A DNA stretch of 63,561 nt, the filler included, from Octopus bimaculoides (lineage: Eukaryota), in NCBI RefSeq assembly GCF_001194135.2. It is 6 parts of 6 records of this genome, joined end to end, with 100 filler letters (N's around TTAATTAATTAA, not from the genome) between each part and the next. Parts side by side here need not be neighbours in the genome. Positions count along the whole stretch, not along the records: positions 39,645 to 52,982 come from NC_069003.1; 5 more parts are not named here. One strand, given 5' to 3'. Shown one piece after another: positions 40,062-50,960 of this stretch (within the stretch, counting starts at the first letter, position 1; each line of letters opens with the position of its first letter). The position numbers were made by a program, and so were the translations under genes. The notes beneath the pieces were generated by a model that ran no database searches, was not told where the DNA came from, and saw only the letters and a program-made list of their open reading frames with translations.

Positions 40062-41002
40062 TTAGATAATAGCGATGGCCTCTCCCGTCGATTTCGACGT
40101 ATGAGTCTTTGAAGAATATTTAGAAGGAGGAAAAAGTGAGAAAAAGAGAAAACAACTTTTAAAAATAAAAGGACAGAAGCTGCATCTAACTGCGATGGAT
40201 GCGCGATTGCTCGCGATTGCTATGAAGTCACAATGGGGATTTTGACTTTGACTGGACAAATGTGTTTGTTGATCGCAGGATATAATTCTTTTATTGTTCT
40301 GTTTCTTCATCTTAAATTGTTTTGTTGCATCATGACACATTTTACGCCATGGAGATCGATCTAAGCGATGACTTTCCCAAGATGTCAAGTTAAGCTGTAG
40401 ACTTTAGTGAGTGCTTCAACTTATCATTCTACCTAAAGACAGGCCTTCCTTTACAGCAGTATCCCTCTACTTGTTGGCCATACAAAAGAAGTTTTGGAAT
40501 GTGGCCATCTTTCATTCCAACTTGTCCTACCCATCTGCACTGAATTCTCATCGGCACACTTTGGATACTGGGGGAATCACATTTTCCTCAAATTTTGACA
40601 TTTGTTATCTTATCTTGACATTTTATGCTGCAGATATTGCGCAGACAGCACATGTGAAAGGCTTCAAGTTACTTTATATGTCTGTAGTAGGAAGTCCATA
40701 CTTCTAGTCTGTACAAAAGTGTGCTCAAAATACAAGATTTATATACACTTATTTTAACTGTGTTCATCCTACAGACGATGGGAAAGTTTTCCAAAAGCAT
40801 TTGTAGCCTTAGATAGTCTAACATTGATTTCGTCATCAAGAGTACTCTTAAAATTTACTATACTTCCAAGATATTTAAATGACCAGACCCATTTCAGTGA
40901 CCTGTTGTCAATCATCATGCTTGAATCTTGAGTGTGTTCTACTCCAGGCGTTTGTTGGGAAAAAAACTTCAGTCTTCTTGATGCCGATAGTCAGCAAACT
41001 GC

Positions 41003-41064
<62 letters not shown>

Positions 41065-41070
41065 TAATAA

Positions 41071-41645
41071 GCAGTATGTATATGCTTTGTCTTGGTATAA
41101 AAAAGATGGGCTACAGCAAATATCTGCTCAATACCACAGATTTGCTTGTCACTTGACCGTAACCAGTTGAGCATGTCCCCTAGTGGTTGACGATATGTGC
41201 ATCTCTGATCACGAGCAGAAGAAGTGGGGAAGCAATTCAGTGAAGTATAACATCTATGAAACTTCTTACACCCAGAAATGCAGACTCTGTAGAAAGTTCG
41301 AGGAAAATGTGACCCACTTGGTAAGTGGCTGTGAGAGCCTTGCACAAAAAGAATACAAGCGCCACCTGGGTAAAATGTGTGCGCATCTTCATTGGCTCTG
41401 ATGCCGTAAATACCAATATGAAGTAACAGAGAACTGGTATGAGCATGTACCAGGTAAAGTTATGCAGGAGGATGGAAAAGTAACGATATTATGATTTTCA
41501 GACGGATCGTGTAATCGAACACCGTCAGCCGGATATTGTCATATTGAGTAAGAGAGACAAATACTGTCAGATCTTTGATGTAGCCATTCCAAATGACATG
41601 AATGTTGTGAGTAAAGAGGTTGAAAAAATCACAAAGTACTCCAGG
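41071..41645 (+). mobile_element. R4/Dong-like non-LTR retrotransposon fragment (zinc knuckle and RLE endonuclease)
   Basis: CRLCRKFEENVTHLVSGCESLAQKEYKRH, then decayed DRVIEHRQPDIVI...DVAIPND...KITKY; abuts (TAA)n at 41003-41070. Confidence 0.85.
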
Positions 41646-43104
41646 TAGAGATTATGATTATGATTATGAAAAAAAAATTGTAAAATTTCAATTTTTCAAT
41701 AAAAAAAAAATAATGATAAATAAACACCCCCTTCCCTCCCACTAAAATAGCATACATAAAAAGTAGCTAAACGGAAAACACATGCTAGAAACGACTGGCT
41801 AAAATTACCAAAATTGTCGAACTTTAATTACTAAGCGGTCTTTATTTATTGATTTATAGCGGAAATCACTTTCACGTCCTTAATTACACTGAATATGAAA
41901 TCAGTTCGGACAGAAAATTGACGCTGGCAGCCAAACAGAAAAGATCCGTTTGCTTCCCAACCACATGGTTCCAGGTTCAGTCCATTGTGGTTGGAAAACA
42001 AACATATATATATATATATATATATANNNNNNNNNNNNNNNNNNNNNNNNNNNNNNNNNNNNNNNNNNNNNNNNNNNNNNNNNNNNNNNNNNNNNNNNNN
42101 NNNNNNNNNNNNNNNNNNNNNNNNNNNNNNNNNNNNNNNNNNNNNNNNNNNNNNNNNNNNNNNNNNNNNNNNNNNNNNNNNNNNNNNNNNNNNNNNNNNN
42201 NNNNNNNNNNNNNNNNNNNNNNNNNNNNNNNNNNNNNNNNNNNNNNNNNNNNNNNNNNNNNNNNNNNNNNNNNNNNNNNNNNNNNNNNNNNNNNNNNNNN
42301 NNNNNNNNNNNNNNNNNNNNNNNNNNNNNNNNNNNNNNNNNNNNNNNNNNNNNNNNNNNNNNNNNNNNNNNNNNNNNNNNNNNNNNNNNNNNNNNNNNNN
42401 NNNNNNNNNNNNNNNNNNNNNNNNNNNNNNNNNNNNNNNNNNNNNNNNNNNNNNNNNNNNNNNNNNNNNNNNNNNNNNNNNNNNNNNNNNNNNNNNNNNN
42501 NNNNNNNNNNNNNNNNNNNNNNNNNNNNNNNNNNNNNNNNNNNNNNNNNNNNNNNNNNNNNNNNNNNNNNNNNNNNNNNNNNNNAAATATATATATATAT
42601 ATATATATATATTGTGTTATGCTAAATAGCGGTGTACGATACCAGAATCTTCAACTCGAATCAAACATAACAAACTACTTCAAATCGTTGTTAGAGTATC
42701 CACATACGTCGAGTCTGAACGGGCTACTCTGTACTGGCTTCGATTGGTATATGTTGTAATAATGAATTCAATGCTCAATGTGATGCTTTGAAATCATTTT
42801 ATACGTAGGTTTCAGGTCTGCGTAATATTCAATAGGAAAACCACTCATCAGGTGAGACTTTCCTCAGTTAAAGCATAACAAAATACGAAGCAGTTGATGG
42901 AATTATTTCAATATATATGGTCAGAGCAGTATAAGTCGGCTACTAAGTTAGGAGGATAAATACGTGTATAAAGGAGACGAAGAAGGAGATCAAAGAGAGT
43001 GAGGAGGAGAGAGAAAAGGAGAGAGAGAAAAGAAGAGAAGGATCTATAAAGGGAGGCAGTAAGGAATAGATAGAAAGGAAGATGTACGAGTGAATAGTTT
43101 TCTC

Positions 43105-43630
43105 TTCTCTTCTAGGCACAAGGCCGAAAATTTTGGGAGAGGGGGCCAATCGATTAGATTGACCCCAGTACGCAAGTGGTACTTAATTTATCGACCACGA
43201 AGAAATGAAAGGCAAAGTCGACCTCGGCGGAATTTGAACTCAGAACGTAAAGAGAGACGAAATACCGCTAAGCATTTCGCCCAGCGTGCTAACGTTTCTT
43301 ATTTCTTTACTGCCCACAAGGGGCACAAACAAGGACAGACAAACGGATTAAGTCGATTAGATTGACCCCAGTGTGTAACTGGTACTTATTTAATCGACCC
43401 CGAAAGGATGAAAGGCAGAGTCGACCTCGGCGGAATTTGAACTCAGAACGTAGCGGCAGACGAAATACCTATTTCTTTACTGCCCACAAGGGGCTACACA
43501 CAGAGGGGACAAACAAGGACAGACAAACGGATTAAGTCGATTATATCGACCTCAGTGCGTAACTGGTACTTAATTTATCGACCCCGAAAGGATGAAGGGC
43601 AAAGTCGACCTCGGCGGAATTTGAACTCAG
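43105..43630 (-). mobile_element. Tandem array (3 or more units) of SINE family A, continuing into an N gap
   Basis: Three consecutive atcgacc..gaaaggatgaa..gcaaagtcgacctcggcggaatttgaactcag units. Confidence 0.9.
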
Positions 43631-44429
43631 NNNNNNNNNNNNNNNNNNNNNNNNNNNNNNNNNNNNNNNNNNNNNNNNNNNNNNNNNNNNNNNNNNNNNN
43701 NNNNNNNNNNNNNNNNNNNNNNNNNNNNNNNNNNNNNNNNNNNNNNNNNNNNNNNNNNNNNNNNNNNNNNNNNNNNNNNNNNNNNNNNNNNNNNNNNNNN
43801 NNNNNNNNNNNNNNNNNNNNNNNNNNNNNNNNNNNNNNNNNNNNNNNNNNNNNNNNNNNNNNNNNNNNNNNNNNNNNNNNNNNNNNNNNNNNNNNNNNNN
43901 NNNNNNNNNNNNNNNNNNNNNNNNNNNNNNNNNNNNNNNNNNNNNNNNNNNNNNNNNNNNNNNNNNNNNNNNNNNNNNNNNNNNNNNNNNNNNNNNNNNN
44001 NNNNNNNNNNNNNNNNNNNNNNNNNNNNNNNNNNNNNNNNNNNNNNNNNNNNNNNNNNNNNNNNNNNNNNNNNNNNNNNNNNNNNNNNNNNNNNNNNNNN
44101 NNNNNNNNNNNNNNNNNNNNNNNNNNNNNNNNNNNNNNNNNNNNNNNNNNNNNNNNNNNNNNNNNNNNNNNNNNNNNNNNNNNNNNNNNNNNNNNNNNNN
44201 NNNNNNNNNNNNNNNNNNNNNNNNNNNNNNNNNNNNNNNNNNNNNNNNNNNNNNNNNNNNNNNNNNNNNNNNNNNNNNNNNNNNNNNNNNNNNNNNNNNN
44301 NNNNNNNNNNNNNNNNNNNNNNNNNNNNNNNNNNNNNNNNNNNNNNNNNNNNNNNNNNNNNNNNNNNTATATATATATCCAAAGTTACCTGCTATATTGG
44401 TAACGATTACATAGTTTACTTTGAAAAAT

Positions 44430-44462
<33 letters not shown>

Positions 44463-44771
44463 TTATACGTATATATATACAGAAATACACACGTACACAC
44501 ACTCATTTGTGTGGTGGGGGTGGGGGGTGTACGTGTGTGTGTGTGTGTGTGCGAAATGAAAGAAGTAATTTGAGCAAAAGAGAACTCGATACAAGACTGT
44601 AGAAACTTACATCTGTCTTCAGCACGTGGATTATTATTGTTGCACCAATAATATTACAAGTGTTAGTTTCACTGCTTCCGGTTTCTCAACCATCAACATG
44701 AATGGCAATATTTAAATTATTGCCCAAGGATCCGGAAACCAAACGACAGATGATCCATCTATTGATTATTG

Positions 44772-44821
<50 letters not shown>

Positions 44822-45013
44822 NNNNNNNNNNNNNNNNNNNNNNNNNNNNNNNNNNNNNNNNNNNNNNNNNNNNNNNNNNNNNNNNNNNNNNNNNNNNNNN
44901 NNNNNNNNNNNNNNNNNNNNNNNNNNNNNNNNNNNNNNNNNNNNNNNNNNNNNNNNNNNNNNNNNNNNNNNNNNNNNNNNTGACGGATATTTGTCCTCAT
45001 CTTGTTTGTTGTT

Positions 45014-45059
45014 AACACAACGTTTCGGCTGATATACTCTCCAGCCTTCGTCAGGTGTC
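45014..45059 (-). ncRNA. Mirror copy of the hammerhead motif
   Basis: Reverse complement of 45299-45344 with one loop II substitution. Confidence 0.7.
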
Positions 45060-45298
45060 TTGGAGAAATTTTGAACCTGGGTTCTCATTCCTAACGATGT
45101 TACTATTATTATATTATTATTATTATTATTATTACTATTATTAATCAGGTCGCTGCCGTAGCGCGGGCTACTAACCCCAAGATTCCGAGTTCGATTCACG
45201 GCAGCGACCTGATTAATAATAGTAATAATAATAATAATAATAATATGATAATAGTAACGTCGTTAGGAATGAGAACCCAGGTTCGAAATTTCACCCAA

Positions 45299-45344
45299 GA
45301 CACCTGACGAAGGCTGGAGGGTATATCAGCCGAAACGTTGTGTT
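45299..45344 (+). ncRNA. Minimal type I hammerhead ribozyme motif
   Basis: Stem I GACAC/GUGUU, core CUGACGA(+A), stem II GGCUG/CAGCC, GAA, palindromic stem III ACGU, cleavage triplet GUU. Confidence 0.7.
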
Positions 45345-45659
45345 AACAACAAACAAGATGAGGACAAATATCCGTCAAATGTAAATAATGTAAATAATGT
45401 AAATAATTCCTCATCTCTTAAATATAGAACTGTAATATATATATATGACTATATGCATGTGCATATGTATGTGCATGTGTGTGTGTGCATGTGTGTGTGG
45501 TACGTATATAAATATATATAGAGAGAAAGATAGATAGATAGACAGAGACAAAGAGGTAGGTAGGTGTAAGATTAAGCACCGTAACGTTTGTAGGTAGGTA
45601 TATATATATATATATATATATATTATTATGATTGACCGTTGACTGAACACTATTCAATT

Positions 45660-45822
45660 TTTTTTCTCCGTGTTTTTCTCCTTGTCTCCGTATTCTTTCT
45701 GTTGAAGAGCGTAGCTCGAAACGTCAAAGACTTTCCGTATTCCCGAGCGTCATACTAATACATTCTTTTGTTATTTACACCACCTGTCCTCGTCTGTTGT
45801 TGTTTTTTCGTATATTCTCCCA
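45660..45822 (+). mobile_element. Penelope-type tail with hammerhead-like motif (45694-45730), ending at (TA)n
   Basis: Similar to 26510-26640; UCUUU-cug-UUGAAGA-G..C-GAA-ACGU-C-AAAGA. Confidence 0.6.
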
Positions 45823-45952
45823 TATATATATATATATATACATATAACACGCTCGTGCACAATCAGTGTGCACCAAAGTGTTAAATCTACATATGCACCC
45901 ACTTTTCTTTCAATCACCGATAGTTAGTGTACTTAAATTAATTTCTTTTCTT

Positions 45953-46004
<52 letters not shown>

Positions 46005-46107
46005 CTTCTCTCTCCCTCTCTCTTTCTCTCATTTTGTCTTTATATACACGCATATATATATATGTGCATATATGTGTGTGTGTATGTACATACATACACA
46101 CAAGAAT

Positions 46108-46166
<59 letters not shown>

Positions 46167-46539
46167 TGTAGGTAGGTAGGTAGGTAGGTAGATAGGTAGG
46201 TAGAAGGAGAGAAAGAATATTGATCTATCATAAAATCTAACAATCCCCGTTTGGACGCCAATATACTGTAAATGATAGAAAAAAGAGATTGTGGTTAACC
46301 ACTGATGAGTGTAGAGGTGCATGTTGAGGGTGGGTGAGTGGAGGCTGTTAATTGTAGCGATGGAAGGGACGTGGTGGTTTAGAGGAGAAACGGGTGGTGA
46401 GTAAGAAGTAGAGAGGCGGTGTAGACGGGTGTAGACGGGTGTAGACGAGTGTAGACAGACGTGAGGTGGTGGGTAATGTGGAAACAGATGTAGGGTGGGG
46501 TTTGTGCTGTGTAGATAGATGTGGTGTGGTGTGTTCTGT

Positions 46540-46830
46540 GCAGACAGATGTGTGGTTATGTGCAGAACCCCCATGTGGTTTGGGCATAAAGAACATTTGC
46601 CTCGGAGTCACCATGTATCTTGGGGCCCAATGTTAATCTATGTCTGCTGTGATTTCTTGTCAATCAGTAAGTCTTGATGGCCCTAGGACTTTGATCTGGA
46701 CGAGAACCTATAACGCTGTTATAGCGGAGCTTATGATGCGCGCTTTGTAGTGAGATAAATCGTTGTATGTGTTGTGTACAGTGCTGGATCAATGCGTTGG
46801 CTTTATAAGCTGCTGTCCTGGGCCCTCCGT
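46540..46830 (-). mobile_element. Possible I-group LINE 3' fragment
   Basis: NSVIGSRP and a decayed CPxxxxxxHxTxHL knuckle-like stretch; weak. Confidence 0.3.
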
Positions 46831-46944
46831 CAGTTGGAGGAACTCGAAGGACTAAGGGAATAATTACTGAAAATATCACTGATGATCTAACAGTACTTGT
46901 AACCTAGGGGCTTATATCTTACTCCGTCTCTGGCTGTATCGGAG

Positions 46945-47150
46945 CGTATCTGGGCAATAACCTCCCGAGAACAATTACCCCCATAGGACAATTTCCCCCG
47001 ACGGCAACTACCCCCTAAGACAATTACTCCTCTTGGATAATTACTCCCTCTCCAATATATTAAGAAATTTTAAATCATCATGTGTTGTCTTCATGGGTAA
47101 TTGTCCTTAGCGGGTTATTGTCCATGGGGGATAAATGTCCTCAACTCGTA
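46945..47150. mobile_element. Foldback-like MITE with subrepeated termini
   Basis: Left: about 5 copies of GACAATTACCCCC-like motif; right: about 3 inverted copies (GGGTAATTGTCC, GGGTTATTGTCC, GGGGGATAAATGTCC). Confidence 0.65.
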
Positions 47151-47446
47151 TCGGAGTGCTCTGATAGATGCAGTGGTATANNNNNNNNNNNNNNNNNNNN
47201 NNNNNNNNNNNNNNNNNNNNNNNNNNNNNNNNNNNNNNNNNNNNNNNNNNNNNNNNNNNNNNNNNNNNNNNNNNNNNNNNNNNNNNNNNNNNNNNNNNNN
47301 NNNNNNNNNNNNNNNNNNNNNNNNNNNNNNNNNNNNNNNNNNNNNNNNNNNNNNNNNNNNNNNNNNNNNNNNNNNNNNNNNNNNNNNNNNNNNNNNNNNN
47401 NNNNNNNNNNNNNNNNNNNNNTGTGTGTGTGTGTGTGTGTGTGTAT

Positions 47447-50067
47447 CAGGCGCCAGAAACCCATAGCACGCGTGCCGTGTGTGGCACGCGGACCAATTCG
47501 TAATGGCACGCTTACCTCTTGGCAAAAAACGTAATTTTTTGTTTATATCTATGCTTCAGAAAGCGACATCATAATAATTAAATTACATCGTTACATGTCT
47601 TTTTTTATGATCCATCTATTCTAACCTAAACTATCTGAAGTTAGCTGTATTTGGTAGCATTACATTTCCTTAAAAATATATAGTACTACTGAACACAAAT
47701 AATTTTGACGATACCAAATTATAAATGTTAGCACAATTAACTTTTTGTTTGTAAGCTGACGCTGAAAGCATTTATATGTACTTTATTATTTAAGCCAGGA
47801 GCAAGAGCCGCAAATGCCTGTTTTTAAAAATCAGTTGTATATTTAGCAGTGCAGTTCATATGTTGAAATTAGTTAACCACCTTAACGGCCAGTCTAAATA
47901 AAGACACTCCTAAAAATAGGCTCCTATTTTGCGGGTCATCTATAAGTAGACTCTTTTAAAATTATTATCTCATTTCAAGGCTAGCTTTATATTAAATGGA
48001 AAGAATAAACAGTCGTGAGAAGGCAAACAAATATGAAAAGTCAAAAATTATATTTATTTTCTTTGGTTTCAATTTCTCTTTTTGTGAGTCAAGTTGTCTG
48101 ATTTTTTTAGTGTATTTCTTTTTCTTTTCTTTTCTGTGTATTCTTACCATTTACTTTAATCTAATTATTTTTATCATTACGAAAATTTATTCGTTAAATT
48201 TATTTAAATTTTTTTTTTTTTACTATTTGTTTTATTCTAATTATTTTTATTTAGTTATTTTCATTTTTATTTGTAGAATCTGATTTAGGGGTTTATACAC
48301 CTGTTAATATTAATTATCAATATATAGTGCCCCAAGATGAATAACAAACGACAAAAACTTGACGTTCGTCCATTTTAAGATTTCTGGAGGTTGAGTATGG
48401 ATTTGTACAACAAAATGATTGCAATGTGTGTGCATTCTGCTGTGAATCTATCATATATCGTAAATCTTGTACAAAAACACTATCAAACGAGACACCAGAC
48501 TACATTTAAGAACTCTGATGAGAAAAGTGAAGCCATAAAAAGAGCTATTTCTGGTTACAAAAAAAAAGTAATTCTGTTTTTGTTCAAATGCTTGGAACCA
48601 AAAATAAAACCAACGAATGTAGTTACACAATTGCTCAATGTATAACTGAGAATGGTAAACATTTTACAGATGGACAATTTATCGATGAAAGTGCTAACGT
48701 GAATGACATGGCGCGCCTAGCAATTGTTGCGAGATACTGTGACAATGATCGTACTTATGAAGAATTATGTTGTTTGACTACCAATACAACTACAGGACAT
48801 TCTGATTGCATTTGTAAATTATTTCGAAAATCAAGCCATTAATATAAATAAAATATTTTTGTATTACTACTGATGGTTCATGTGCAATGGTTCGAAAGGA
48901 GAAGGATTTGTTAAGCTTCTTGAAAATCATATTGGACGCAATGTAATGAGTTTTAGTTACATTTATAGATCAGGAAAATTTAGTTGCAAAAATTTCGTCA
49001 TGGAGTTCTGTCATGGAGACTGTCGTTAAAATAGTCAACTTCATAGTTTCTCGCTCTTCACTGACTCACAGACAATTTAAGTCGCTTCTGCAAGAATTGG
49101 ACAGCGAAAATGCAGACCTCCCACTGCACAGTAACGTCTGTTGGCTCAGTCGGGGTAATGTTTTGAACAGATCTGTATCATGCTTTGTTAAAATTAGATA
49201 TTTACAACACTTACAAATACTTTCCAAATGTAAAAGCTTATTCAAATCGATTTAATGTTAATAAAAATGAACTTCAAAAATATATTGCAACGTTGAAAGA
49301 AGAATTTTCTAAGTGAGGTAAAGATTTCGAAACTTACGCTCCTATATTTTCTATTCTCGTCAAACCTGACTTGATTGATTTGAAAAGGAGCCCATTTGAT
49401 CTATCACTTTTTGAGTGGATACACGTCGATAGTTTTGAAATGGAAATGATTGAATTAACAACTTCAGAATTGTGGAAAACAAAATTTGTGGAATTACGAA
49501 AAACTCTTGGAAGAAGTTGCTTGGAGAAGTCTGTTGCCATCTTCAGTTGCTGGATGTCGTTGCCTGAAAGATTTAATTCTTTGAAGAAAATCTCATATGC
49601 TCTGCTTTCAGCATTTAGCTCAACATGTACATGCGAACAAATTTTTTCACATATGAAATCTGTTTTGAGTCCACAAAAAAATTGTCTGACAGTTCAACAT
49701 TTGGAAGCTTGTGTGAAGCTAAAAGTCACAAATTATGCACCTGATATTGAGAAATTAAGCAAAAATGTACAGGACAAGGTTCTTATTAATTTATAGAAAT
49801 TTAACGTAATTGTAGTTTATAACTTGTTTATAATTTTGTTCTGTTGTTTATAATTTTTTTTTTTTAATTATAATTAATTTTTTAAATGAAATTATATTTG
49901 TTTCCATGCAATTTGAATTGTTAAAGGATTAATAAAATAGATTTCTGTTATAGCGAGTTTCAAAATCATAAACTCTACTAATAAAAGTAATAATATGAGG
50001 TTGGCACTCGCAATGCTTTTGGAAGCTAGGTTTGGCCCTCCATTATCAAAAAGGTTGCTGACGCCTG
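47447..50067 (+). mobile_element. Full-span hAT transposon (GTF2IRD2/EPM2AIP1/SPIN-like) with decayed transposase
   Basis: TIRs CAGGCGCCAGAAACC / reverse complement CAGGCGTCAGCAACC; 8-bp flanks GTGTGTAT and GTATGTAT (7/8). Motifs IDES..VND.ARLA, TTDG, HSNVCWLSRGNVL, LLSAFSSTCTCEQIFSHMK. Confidence 0.92.
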
Positions 50068-50231
50068 GTATGTATGTATATATATATATATACATTATTG
50101 ATGCCATAAGAATTTATAAACTTACGAGCGAACGAAATAGTTCTGTTTTGGAACAGTAGAACTCGAAGCATATAAAGCTATGAATAATAGTTTGTAAATA
50201 TCGGGTTGAAAATCCCTTTTTGTGTTGAGAA

Positions 50232-50432
50232 ACGTGTTTGATATGCAATTAATCTCTTTGAATAAAATTTTTACTTTTAGAGGTTTCGCTATTAACAATT
50301 TCAATATGAAGACTAAACATGAAGTTGGGACCATTAACTGCGAGCTGCAGACATGAATCGCCAACGAGTTAATGGCGAAATTTCTAAAAGTTAAAATTTT
50401 ATTCCAAGAGATTAATTGCATATCAATCACGT
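50232..50432. repeat. 201-bp inverted-repeat element (65-bp arms, 71-bp spacer)
   Basis: 50232-50296 vs 50368-50432: about 6 mismatches in 65 bp. Confidence 0.85.
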
Positions 50433-50439
50433 CTGTCCC

Positions 50440-50960
50440 CGTGAGTCAAAACCCGAGTGATTGCTGCACAACTGGACTATGATCATAAAGCAGTTCAGAA
50501 GATAGTGGAAGATTTTGGATACAGGAAAGTGTGTGACAAGAGGGTACCTCAGCAGATGACAGATAATTTGAAGGAGGGAAGGGTAGAAGTCTGTTCTGGT
50601 CTACTGGAAACGTTTGATGCCAATGAAGACACATTTTTTTCCGATCTGGTGAGATGGGATGAAACGAGGGTTTATTTTTGTGATCCAAAAATGGAAGTTC
50701 AGTCCATGGTATGACATCACAACCTTTATCCAAAACGTTAGAAGTTTGGGAACCAGAGACCAGTAGAGAAAGTGTCTATATTTTAGGATGATAAGAGTGT
50801 CATTTTCTTTGACTTTATGGCACATGGCTCTCCCATGAACAATAATCGGTACATTGCAACACTCAGAAAAGCTTAGAGAAGCTACTTGAAGTGAGAGACC
50901 TACCAAGAATCTAAAGAACCATAAAATAATCCCCTGACAATGTGCAACCACACACATTTT
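50440..50960 (+). mobile_element. Mariner transposase relic (irritans-like), partly duplicated at about 51288-51415
   Basis: IAAQLD...GYRKVCDKRVPQQMTD...RWDETRVYFCDP; later DFMAHG...N.NRYIATLRK. Confidence 0.8.

Larger units (their letters stand above)
44981..45377. mobile_element. Fold-back palindrome of a tRNA-headed, hammerhead-containing repeat
   Basis: Arms 44981-45159 and 45198-45377 are reverse complements with about 5 differences; the 38-nt spacer is tRNA-like (GAGTTCGATTC). Confidence 0.9.

Noticed and set aside
43105-43630. Regularly spaced repeats resembling a CRISPR array
   Set aside because: The units are about 170-nt SINE copies without unique spacers, in eukaryotic DNA with no cas genes.
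45140-45210. tRNA gene (apparent ACT anticodon loop)
   Set aside because: The D-arm is missing and the anticodon stem is mismatched; it is a repeat head, as are the A/B-box heads of the SINEs.
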